Of a stretch of DNA of 64,000 nucleotides, positions 43,726 to 54,825 are shown piece after piece. The stretch is from assembly GCA_036630325.1 (NCBI GenBank), contig CP142730.1, forward strand, positions 806,001-870,000, in the 5' to 3' direction. Below the pieces are notes generated by a model. That model was not told where the DNA came from and searched no databases. It was given only the letters and a program-made list of their open reading frames with translations. Numbering within the stretch: the first letter of the stretch is position 1; every line of letters begins with the position of its first letter. This DNA comes from Vairimorpha necatrix (taxonomy: Eukaryota). The position numbers were made by a program, and so were the translations under genes.

Positions 43726-46185
43726 TGTTACCGGCTGTGTTGCACACACCAATAATCAGACTAAAACTGAAAGATGAAACAAATCATAATGATCTGAAAC
43801 AATCATGTTTCAGATCCGAAACTAAAACTATTTAAGAAATCTTAAATAGAAGAGATATGCCAAATAAATATAGTTCTTCTTCTAATAAAAAGCCTTCTTC
43901 AATAACCAGCTCTCCTTCTGGTAACACTGGCTACAACTATTCGAAATCCAACGAATTGGGCCACCTACTAGAAAAATTAGGGATATCTACTAACACAATG
44001 GTGAAATTCAACGGTACCCAAGGCGAGAACGCATGGGTCTGGATTAATCAATTTAAATACCTCGAGGGAGAATGGAATGATATAAAACTGCTCAACTACA
44101 TTAAGAGATACTTAGGGGAATCAGCTCTCCTATGGTATGAGGCTGTAATTGAAGACGAGGTGGAAGGATATATGGAATTCAAACAGAAATTTCTAACAAA
44201 ATATGGGAAAGAAGAATTCCGGGAGGGAATTAATCCCATTAAAATGCTTTATAAGAGACTATACTCTGGACCTGTAAATATGAAAATTGAAAACTTTATA
44301 TACGAACTAATGAAGCTTAACAAGAAAGCAGGAGTTAGCGTGTCTGAAATTACGGAGGAGTTGGCTAGATATTTCCCACCGTCACTTAAAGAAAAGGTGG
44401 AAGAGGCAACGTCATGGGACGTTGTACTAAAGATTTATGAGAGAAATCACAAATTTATTGAGAGTTCAAGGCAGAGACCTGAACAGAGTAGGCCAAGAGA
44501 AGCGAGGACTTTGAGGTCAGATACTACAAGGACTAAAGAGAGTCCAAAAAAGCTAGTATGCTATAAGTGCGGAGGTGAGCACTTGCTTAAGGACTGCAAT
44601 AAACACGAGGAAATAGAGGTGTTTTTAATCGAGGCAGATCCGGTGTCAAGAGACACGAACGATACTACAGTCGAAGGAACCGTTAATGGCGATGTAGTAA
44701 GAATGCGCCTGGGATCAGGTGAATCCAACTCATTTGTTGATAAAACCTTAGTTAATAGAAAGAAACTAAGAAGGGCTAAAGGAGGCCATTGCATTCGAAA
44801 CTATCCACAGAGTATAGACAAAAGAGTGTCAAAGCAAGAAGATATGCGGATTAAAAAAAGAGCAAGTATAGAAACAGCTCAGACCCCACTTCAGTATCGA
44901 AATCTGAGATTAACCGAGATGAGTGCATCGACCAGCAGGCATATTGTTTGCTTACAAAAGAACATACTTGGACACGATGGAAACAACCCAAACATTGCGC
45001 AAGTAAATAAAAGCGCGGGAAGAGACGACTATACGAGCACCAAGGACTCATTAAGTTCGATCGTAACGAAAAGAGACGATGGTGTGCGCCTATGCAATGA
45101 AGATACAAAAGCAAAAGAAACCATGATTGAAGAAGTATGTCAACCTCAGTTGTTTAAAGAATCTTTTACATATTTAAGTACAGTGAAATGCAACCGCCAG
45201 CTCGACCCGGGAAAGCGATACTACCAAACACCCGCTGTAATCTCAACGGAAGGGGTCGACTGTATGCAACTATGCATAGATTTTAAAGAGTTTAATGGAA
45301 CAAAGTTAAACAAGGCAAAATCCGGATTATTTGCGCGTTGGGCTTATCTAAGTAGCACGAAAATAAACCAACAACTCGACCCGGGAAAACGATACTATCT
45401 AACTCTTCTGAGAAAAGAAATTTACGAGCACGAAGTGAAGAAACAAACATTTTTATGTGTGAATAAAAGCGTGGTGAGCGAGGAAGTAGCGATCGTGCAG
45501 ATCGTGCTTATCGAAATAATATCTAAAATAGATGAAGGTATGAGGCCAATACTGACCTGGAAGTTACTATTTATGGTTCTGCACTGTGAGTTGAATAACA
45601 TTAGAATAAAACTCAAAAGAATAATATTTAATATATTTAAGAAGCCACGTAAAAAGTTCCTAATGTCTTACCATACATTATATAGAAATGGAATATTGGA
45701 TATTCAGAGCAGGAACATGCCCAGTAAAGATTCTATGAAATACGAACAAAATAAACCAAGATGTCTTCTCGCTAATATGCATAAAATGGAAATCTTAGTC
45801 GCAACTGAATATAGGAACATGAAGAGACCTTTCAATAAAAAGAAAATAGGATCATTCATTAATATAAAAAGAACATCTAGAAGAACCTCTGAAACCCTAA
45901 GTCTTGTGAATAAAAAGCTCCACGATAAATTGGTGAATGCAGCCTCTTCCCAGGAAGTGAAGCCTTGTTCTAAGGAGGGGAGAGTGTTACCGGCTGTGTT
46001 GCACACACCAATAATCAGACTAAAACTGAAAGATGAAACAAATCATAATGATCTGAAACAATCATGTTTCAGATCCGAAACTAAAACTATTTAAGAAATC
46101 TTAAATAGAAGAGATATGCCAAATAAATATAGTTCTTCTTCTAATAAAAAGCCTTCTTCAATAACCAGCTCTCCTTCTGGTAACA
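43726..46185 (+). mobile_element. Non-autonomous LTR retroelement with gag and degenerate pol (2460 bp)
   Basis: Identical 201-bp LTRs (43726-43926, 45985-46185; TGTTACC...GGTAACA). TSD TTATT. PBS-like TGGCTACAAC; PPT AAGGAGGGGAGAG. Confidence 0.95.
43857..46094 (+). CDS. Gag (CCHC knuckle) fused to an inactive protease and RT-derived remnants
   Basis: FNGTQGENAWVW, LGESALLWY, CYKCGGEHLLKDC; protease-like RMRLGSGESNSFV lacking the catalytic Asp; RLC/QLCIDF and QLDPGKRYY each occur twice; no YxDD. The ORF starts in the 5' LTR and ends in the 3' LTR. Confidence 0.85.
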   Translation: MPNKYSSSSNKKPSSITSSPSGNTGYNYSKSNELGHLLEKLGISTNTMVKFNGTQGENAWVWINQFKYLEGEWNDIKLLNYIKRYLGESALLWYEAVIEDEVEGYMEFKQKFLTKYGKEEFREGINPIKMLYKRLYSGPVNMKIENFIYELMKLNKKAGVSVSEITEELARYFPPSLKEKVEEATSWDVVLKIYERNHKFIESSRQRPEQSRPREARTLRSDTTRTKESPKKLVCYKCGGEHLLKDCNKHEEIEVFLIEADPVSRDTNDTTVEGTVNGDVVRMRLGSGESNSFVDKTLVNRKKLRRAKGGHCIRNYPQSIDKRVSKQEDMRIKKRASIETAQTPLQYRNLRLTEMSASTSRHIVCLQKNILGHDGNNPNIAQVNKSAGRDDYTSTKDSLSSIVTKRDDGVRLCNEDTKAKETMIEEVCQPQLFKESFTYLSTVKCNRQLDPGKRYYQTPAVISTEGVDCMQLCIDFKEFNGTKLNKAKSGLFARWAYLSSTKINQQLDPGKRYYLTLLRKEIYEHEVKKQTFLCVNKSVVSEEVAIVQIVLIEIISKIDEGMRPILTWKLLFMVLHCELNNIRIKLKRIIFNIFKKPRKKFLMSYHTLYRNGILDIQSRNMPSKDSMKYEQNKPRCLLANMHKMEILVATEYRNMKRPFNKKKIGSFINIKRTSRRTSETLSLVNKKLHDKLVNAASSQEVKPCSKEGRVLPAVLHTPIIRLKLKDETNHNDLKQSCFRSETKTI

Positions 46186-46433
46186 TTATTATTTACTGAA
46201 ATTGATTTTAATTAATTAGTTAAATTATTTTAACTATAGTGCATTTTACCCTTCTTTTTTTTAGTTGGGCGTCAAAAATGCCCCTATCTCAAAGGGTTTC
46301 GCATTATTTTTTTGAACCCCAAATGAAATGCAAAAAAGGAGAAATAATTTTAACACTCAAATTACATGCATCTTTAAAAATTAAATATTTCAAAAAAAAT
46401 ATTTATTTATTTTTTTTTAGATTTAAAAGATTT

Positions 46434-46767
46434 TGTCAGGGGACAAGCCCAGGTGCATACTGAGACTTGCCCTGCCCAAGGAATGAAGTGTCTTTTGACA
46501 GGTCATTGGAGAGACCAACACAATAGTTGAGATATGACAGGAGAATAGGCAAAGGCCTAGTTATTTATAAAGGGCTCAACCCGCCATGTTTGGTCAACTG
46601 TACTTTTGTTGTCAAAACTGTCATTCTCAACTATTGTAGCAAAGCTACCCCCGAGGGAATGAAACTAAGGAAGGAAAAGGAGATGGAAAACTCCACATTA
46701 CCAAACCACAATGAAAGTATTTTAAATAAAAAGCATTTAAAGCAGGCAGGCAGAAGCCAGCCTCACA
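46434..46767. mobile_element. Probable solo LTR of a fourth family
   Basis: 334-bp GC-richer block TGTCAGG...CCTCACA with internal inverted repeat ACAATAGTTGAGA(T)ATGACAG/CTGTCATTCTCAACTATTGT. Flanks GATTT/GATAA match only partly. Confidence 0.5.
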
Positions 46768-46803
46768 GATAAATTGAGTTAATTTATCATTAAGCTTAGA
46801 TAT

Positions 46804-47600
46804 TCATAGCACATCTTTCCCGGTATCGCTCATAAGCTTTAGCTCTTCAAAGACTTTTGTTTCTGTGGAATTATTAATATTTTCCAACTTCACTTTTTCA
46901 GCTTCATTCCCCTTTGCCGACACCATTTCTTTAACAGTCGCCATATTCGCTGGTGCGCTTACAATTCTAGCCACTTCTTCTTCTCTTGCATCCTCCTGAT
47001 CGTATCCTCGTCGTCGTACCAAGGAGATGGACTCTAGAGTCTTCTTCATCACAATAGACTGGATGTATGCTTCCAGGTAGGGTTGGATTTCTAGCTCCCT
47101 GATGTTTTTTCTGTGATATTTGGTCATTACGTAAGGAACTATCTTGTCCGGGATTTATGTATTAGTCCCAGTTCATTTGCAAGAAGCTCATATTTTCTTA
47201 CTTTTTCATTCTCAACTATAGTAAGTCGATCCTGGTTAGTTATACCAACTTCAACTATTAAAATTCATTCTTCTTCTTCAAACACAAGAATATCAGGCTT
47301 ATGATGGGTCACCTTTATATTAGTGGATATTTTCGTTTACTCTAATTTCTGCACGATCATTTTCCATGATCTCTTGTACTGAGTGTCCATGTATTTTCTT
47401 TGTCTTATTAACCCCATATTTAATACATAGTAAGAGATAAATGAATCTAACTACCTCATTGTGTCTTTTCATATAATCAAAACCCAGCATTCGATCACAC
47501 ATGGCAGCTAAATGATCCATAATCTTCCTATGAGATTTACAATGGGGACATTGTACCTCTTGTCCACAGAAGATATTTCTATCCCGTAGGAAGCAGTAAA
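46804..47600 (-). pseudogene. 3' fragment of an RLE-clade (R4/Dong/R2-like) non-LTR retrotransposon
   Basis: CPHCKSHRKIMDHLAAMC (CCHC), KRHNEV, KPDIL, IVEVGIT, EKVRKYELLA; frameshifted. Confidence 0.85.
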
Positions 47601-48493
47601 TATATATATTTATATATAAAATTTTATTTTGAAAAAGATTTTTCTTATTAAACTATTTATTTCTAATTATTTTAACATATTTAGTATATAATTTTTGATT
47701 AAAAAAATCTGTTTAGATTTTAGAATATGTATTTAATTTTTCTCTATCTAAATCATATTTCAAATTTTAAATTATTTGTTTACAATAAAAGAAGATTTAT
47801 GAAGAAAGCCTCCTTACATAATGAACCAACGATTATAAAATTCAAAAAATCGGAAGTGTAAACAATGCATAATAATTAAAACGATTATAAATATGAGTTT
47901 TTAAAGCAATTTCCGTATTAGAAATATATTTATTTGGTATTTTTATAATCATAAGTGCTTAGTAAATTTCGTCCCTTACTCGCTCCTCCTTTTTTTAACT
48001 TTACTTTTAAGGTTCTAAAAAAACGTACACCCTTTAGATATATGGGCTGTTAGCTCTCTTTAGCCTTGGAGAGGCGATCAAGAATCATTATAAAAATGGA
48101 ACTATATAGGATTTGAATTCAATATAAAACTACTACAAGAATAGTTAAGTCCCCTGTTATACAGGAAAATAATAATATAAACAATGAAAGTTAGTCCATT
48201 TTTGATAAAATAAAATTTTGCTCTGGTTAACATATAGAATGCCTGAAATAACTGTAAACCCCCAAATATTATTGTTCCAACACACAAATGTGATATAATT
48301 GCCCAATCATATTTTGTGTTAAAGTATTTTTAATTAAGCCGAATTATAACCGAATAAATATCAACATAGCGTCATTTTAAGATTTCTTAGTAAATCCAGT
48401 TTCTAGATATTTATGCATTTTCTGTTGAGTGTTTGTTGATTTTATCAAGATACCTGTATGACCAAACATAACAAATGAAAATATTAAATAAAT

Positions 48494-48830
48494 TTAATTA
48501 GGGCATGCCTTTGTAATATATCCTTTTAGTTTAGCTAGGATAAATTGCGCGTTGGCGTCTCCTGCTTGTAGGTAGCTTCTAGTCTCCATAGTCCTTTCCA
48601 CATCGGCTTCGTCTCCTCTCCTTCGGTAGTCCAGAGAAATGTTTTCTAGCGTCTTCTTTAGCATGATCATCTGGATGTACGCTTCTACCTTATTAGAAAT
48701 TTCAAGTCTTGTGGTAAAAGAATTGTGAAACTTAGTCACTATACCGTCCCAAGTGATTACGTAGGGAATTATTTCTGTTTTAAAACCATATATTAGGCCT
48801 AGTTCGTTCGCGAGGACATCATAATTTCTT
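48494..48830 (-). pseudogene. 3' fragment of a related RLE non-LTR retrotransposon
   Basis: YDVLANELG...IIPYVITWDGIVTKFH...EAYIQ...KKTLENISLDYRR, homologous to 46804-47200. Confidence 0.8.
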
Positions 48831-51800
48831 AATGAAAATATTATATCATTAATTAAATATGTAACATCATGATTAATTTTAAAAAAATATGTGTCTTATT
48901 TATAAATGCATAAAAAATTTTAAATGGGGAAAGGAACATCTAACAGACTCCTTTGATTTTTTTTATTTTAAATCTTTCAACTCCTAAAAAAAATCCACAA
49001 ACTTAAAATGGAAGCAATCGAGCAGTAGGATAATAAATATTAATTGCTTTTATTTAAAGATATAGAATAAACAGCCTTTTGGATTTAAGTAATCATCTAA
49101 AATCGTGCTTTTACTTATAGTTAATATTCAGAAAACTAAACAACAGATGTCATATGAAATTTTCTTGTAGATTTAAACAATTTTAAAAGGTAAAGTGTAT
49201 GTTCTATATATAACCAGCATTCCCCCCGAGCCATTTACCTTGCTTAAAAAAATTATTTTTTTCATATATCATCTGTTAAAAAACAAGTTTTCTGCGAAAA
49301 AAATTACAAAGAAATAATTTTTAGTTATGCTTGGAATTAAATATTAAAATACTTTAACTAGTTTAATATTCAATTATATTAATTTCTATTCTTTATGAAA
49401 GGAGCATTGGTAATTTTTGTCATCTTCTTGCTCCTTTCTATTCAATTCATTTTGAGCTAAAAAACGTGAACACACTCAAAAGGTTTTGACTGATGATGGT
49501 TCTCATCTATAATTTCCAAAATCGGCACATAAAAAGTAATCTATTCCACGTAAAATAATGATTTTGTAGTATAATTAGTACAATATCATATTATAGTGCG
49601 CTTTTTAATTTTTATTTAAAAACCATGAAAAATTCATAGACTAAAACTAGAAAAATAAATTTTAAATTAACTTCTGAATCTACTTAGATGATCAGATGAT
49701 CTTAAAAATGTAATTTTTTTTAAATTTATATTATCTATTTATATTGTTTAAATGTGATTGTTTTCTAATTGTAACAAAAAAACATGTTCAACTAAAGAAG
49801 TGTTAAAACTTTTATTAAAAAGTTTACAATACTTTTAACTCGGAAGGTAGCACAATTACAATTTCTCAAAGTTTTAGCAACAAAATACTTTGTTTATATC
49901 TGTATTATTTTTAACAAATTATAGTATATAGCCTTTTTGGATTACAATTAGGTATAATAATATTGTTTGCATAAATCATGCTAAATTTGTTTAATACTTT
50001 TTTAGCAATTTTTTTTAATTTTTGCTTTTTTGAAAAGGTGGCACAAAAACAATGTGCGATTATATAAATATAGGTTGCATGATAATAAAAGCCACAAAAA
50101 TTAATTAAACATAAGATATAATTTTTTTTAAAAAAATATAATAATAAGTACGATGGTGCGATTTTTAGTGCACCTTTTAAACAATAATTATAATTGGGTA
50201 TATATTTGTACTTCAATGCACAATATTAATTACTTGCAATTGTCCAAGGGAAAGAAAGTTAATTAGGGGTATTTCTATATATTTTTTTCACTTTGCATTT
50301 ACACCGCCCTACATATAAGAAACTCGATATGTAAAATACCCCCTTTCATAAGTTCAATCTTAGTGAACTGGAAAAAGAAATTTTAAAAAGTTTTAATAAA
50401 ACATCATAAAAAATTTAAAAAATAACATTTTTTACCCTTTTAATTTTTAATATTAAACATTTTACTTTTCTGAATAAGACTTTCTTTTGTATAATTTTAT
50501 TTGAATAATATTATGTGTTTCATATAATATATGTATATTGAACATTTCATAACTAGGAACAATCTTTTAAATATAAATATATAAGAAATAATACGTATCA
50601 ATAATGGAACAAAATTTTGAGAAAATGTTTGCAGTTCTTAATATATGTTATAGAAGACATATGAATGTTTATAAAACAAACATATGATCGACTCCTAAAT
50701 TTTTCTCAACAAACCACATGATTACTAAAAAGAATAAATCTTTTATATATACATAAAATAGTGTATACTAAGCACAATTCTGGGATTAAACAATATAAAA
50801 TGAATGAAAATATGTTTAACACTAACAAAAATAATTGTAATGTCGAAAGAATAAAAGAAAAGCGAAAAAATTTACAAATTGAGACATCCATGAACACAAA
50901 TTTCAAAAAGATTATTAGAAGAACTAATTATTATGTTTTTTATATGTTTCAGTCATCTTAGTCTATAAAACCCTACTCCAAACTATGTAAATTTTTGATT
51001 GTTACTTTCCTGCTTGGCCGCTTAAACTTTGAAAAAACGAGGCCAAAATTAATTCTGTAATTATATGTGAAGGACAGATAACAAAGACCAACCCAAATAA
51101 GTTTTGTAAAAAAATTTAATTTCCTGAAATTAATTTTATAAACTCTTTTATGCATGCAGATGAATTATTATAAACATAGACACCGTTGATGAGTCATAAA
51201 TTTAACTCCGTTATTGGCTGTTTAAAGTACTAATATGTGACTAGATTGAACATTTATCTAAATTTTTACAACTGAATTGGATCATCAGATAAAAGTTTTA
51301 AAATTGTCTTGAGTTGTCTTAAGATATACATTGTATTTTAAACAATTATTGTTTATATGAAAATTTATGATTAACATTTACATATGAATACCCATATATG
51401 TTAGCTGTAGTATGTCTGTAAATTTTGTTTCGTGAGATGAAAAAAATAAACAATTAACAATCACATCAAACATATAAATTCTCAAAACGAATTTGATCTA
51501 GAATAATCAATTCATTTTCTCGTAACTAATATAAATTCGGTCTATGTTAATCTTTAGGGATTAAAAACTGAGCTTCATTAGACTAAAGATTAGCATATGT
51601 TGTTATCAAATTTTGTCTTTTTTTAAGATTCTAAGAATATAATAGCTGATTTTGATAAAACAATGATATGAATGTAGTCCAATTTTTATAACACTTCATG
51701 AATGACTTATTTCTAAATTTAATTTATCAATAAAAAAATTACCGAATTTTAATCAAATAATTCTTTGAAATTTTTTCCTGTTTTTTACTTATATTTGAAT

Positions 51801-53874
51801 TGATCGATTGAGCTTTGTTTTCCATTTTTTTAGAGTAAGTTGTTTGACGAGAATGTCATTGTTTTATTTAGATTTTCTATTTATTGTTGTCAATTCTCAA
51901 GAATATACTTCGTCATTTATATTTTTTATTGTTTACAATATTATAAACCAAATTAATTGTTAACTTACATAATTACTGCATAGAAAAATCTTGTTATTTG
52001 GGCAAATACTATATTACTCATAATAACCGTCCTTTGATTTTTTTTAAACAATATAAGAGCTATATATGTATTAATATAATAATTTTTTTTAAACAGCTGA
52101 AAAAATTCGAATCTACTTAAACGAAAGTATATTTATATCATGTATACCTTTTGATCTATAGCTAGCTTCGGTTTGTTTTATATCATAGTTTAAGAGCTCT
52201 AACATAAATTTACCGTTTATATTGATTTTTGAACCTTAAAATAAGTAAGTCTTATAAAGAGTCATATCAATAACTTACACTTATATTAAATATGATAAAA
52301 ATGATACAAATAATCCATGCTGGTATTTTAAATTCTGTATTATGTTCAAAATTAGTTTTTTTTATTCTAGTACTACAGTTAGTTCTGGATATTTCAGTTT
52401 AATCTAAAATTAAGCCTAGAGGTATAATATTATTATTTGAATCTAATCTTTAAAAAAATTCTGTAAATGATGTATACATCTTACGATCTGTTTGTGTAAA
52501 TTCTGTAACTTCTTACAAATTTACTAGGTTATTAGAATGTCATTTGTAAACATATAAATCGACATTTCCACTTTGAAGACGTATAAATAGGTAAATTGAC
52601 GACTTAAAAAGCTCAAATCTCTAAATTTTAGATTGAATCTAAAGATATAAAATTACAATTAGGTTATGTTTAAATTAAATGCATCATCATTGATAGAAAA
52701 AAAATCCGTAAACTCACAACATCTAAGAATTTAAAATTAAAGCCAAATAACATATCGAAAAATGCTGTTATTATTTTTAAGTAACACTTTAAATTAATAT
52801 TCGGTCTTTCTCAAATATTCATTACCAAAAATAACGATTTCTTTACCTCTAATGACTTTCCCTATAAGAGTTACATTTTACTTAAGTTTTATTTTTGTCA
52901 GATCTTAAAATATATTTTTTTTATATAGTTTTTACTTTAACAAAATTTTGACATTTTTTTTTGTAAAGTAAAATTTTGAATTTTAAATAGTAAATAATAT
53001 TAAGAAAAATCATAAGCTTCCATTTGTTTTATAACATTATACACTTCTAAATTCTCTTGTAATAGTTCAAACAAAGGAATTTGTGCCTTTACCTATTCGA
53101 TATAGCAGATATCCTACAATATCAACTTTAACTTAGAGCCAAAGTTTAAAAAAGTAGTTTAATATTTTTTGGAATTTAAAAAAGAGGAATTATACATAAA
53201 TTTAAGATTTTATTACTTGGTTTTAGTTTATTTCGGTCATAAAATTAGCACATAAAAAAACTATACCATTTACTGTAACTTTTTAAAATGAGAACAATAT
53301 AATTCATTTACATAATTTTACATAATGAAAAAAAAAATTAAATAAAAAAAGTTATTTCGATAGATCCATAGTTTTTAACAAAATCAAGGGTTAAAATCAT
53401 CTAATTGATATTTTTTTGTAATAAAAATCATAATTTTTATAATACAAAAGAAGATAAATATTGTACTATTTGGTTGTGATTATTTATTATAAATACTACC
53501 ATAAACATAAAAGCCTTGTAAAAAGAGTGTTTTTTAATTAATATGCAATGTATAATACGACTTTATCGGAATAAAAGGCGGATACTTAATCATACCTTGA
53601 AAATTGTTTTTCATATGTTATTTTTTTATATAAATAGTAAAAATTTTGTTCTTCATTTGCTTTTTAGTAACTTGCATTCATTTACACAAGACATTGAATA
53701 AAAACATGAGCTGTGTTGTGATATATGTCGAAAGTATATTTTTACACATGAATACAAAGATTGCATGGCTTAAGTTTGATTATGTTTTAATTCATATAAA
53801 AGATAATATGGTTTATATATTCATAAAGTTTTCTTTTAAATTTTTTTTTGTCAATGAAACCTTTTTTAATTTTA

Positions 53875-54159
53875 TTAAACGTCAAATATTTCATTAAAAA
53901 ACACATTGCTTTCCACCATTCCTACAATAAAAGAAAGAATAGTACTGTTGAACAACAGTAAAAAATTAGTACCAATGTATTTAAGACCAGAGATAATTTG
54001 CGTGCCAATATTGACGGTACTTTTCTGCTGGGTTTCTCGATTAATTCTTGACTTACTTTTAACTTCAATTTTTACAGCCAAATAATTACTAGCTCCTTCA
54101 GATGTATCCACTCCACACAATATTGTTAAACATATGCATAACAGAATCATAAAAATCAT
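53875..54159 (-). CDS. Small signal-peptide/membrane protein (94 aa)
   Basis: Start context GCCCATAATG; hydrophobic N-terminus MIFMILLCICLTILCG; second hydrophobic stretch near the C-terminus. Confidence 0.6.
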   Translation of the reverse strand: MIFMILLCICLTILCGVDTSEGASNYLAVKIEVKSKSRINRETQQKSTVNIGTQIISGLKYIGTNFLLLFNSTILSFIVGMVESNVFFNEIFDV

Positions 54160-54248
54160 TATGGGCTAAAAATACATTTCTTTAAATAAGAAAATTAATT
54201 TATTTTTACACAAATTAAATAATGACAGACTGAAATTAATGGCTAAAA

Positions 54249-54825
54249 GGCCCACAAAGGTCGTTTTTTGGCTATAAATTTTTTTTTAAAAAAAAACACC
54301 CTTTTTTGGAAAGTCAAAACGGGAAAAAAAGGAAGAAAAAATAAATTAATAAATATTTGTAAATAAATCATCAAGAAAGTTATTTCTTGACATAAATCTT
54401 ACGAACAGCAAGTAATCAGAGTCTCTGTTCTGTGTCTTACTAAAGTCTTAATTTTTTCCTTTATACCTACTACTTTCATTGGTGTTAGTATTGAAGTTAT
54501 TAAAATCGTTTAGAAATTTCATACAGAACAAAATAATATATCAATTTAGTTGTTATTATGATATATGTTCATATTATTTTTATTAAAATGAAACAATGTG
54601 TTAAGGAATGATGACACTTTGAGTTAACAAGCTTTACACACAAAAATGAATACAATATTATTTCTATATGTTAATTTACACTTAGAATCCTAATTTGGAT
54701 ACTTTACAGTCTTATTTTAAATTGCTGTTCCGAAGATGACCATGAGCTCCTCCTCTCGACTTTTCATTTTTGGGGTAAAAAAATTACAAATTTGATTAAA
54801 TACCCTTTTTTAACCTTTGTGGGCC
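54249..54825. mobile_element. MITE/deleted DNA transposon with GGCCCACAAAGGT TIRs
   Basis: Perfect 13-bp TIRs at 54249-54261 and 54813-54825 with GG termini as in Merlin. Weak NTNTNES similarity inside. No TSD. Confidence 0.6.

Noticed and set aside
2222-46006. Short antisense ORFs overlapping long genes (e.g. 2222, 7381, 8556, 9756, 21502, 29012, 34679, 44561, 45704)
   Set aside because: Shadow frames of real CDSs with no motifs or start context.
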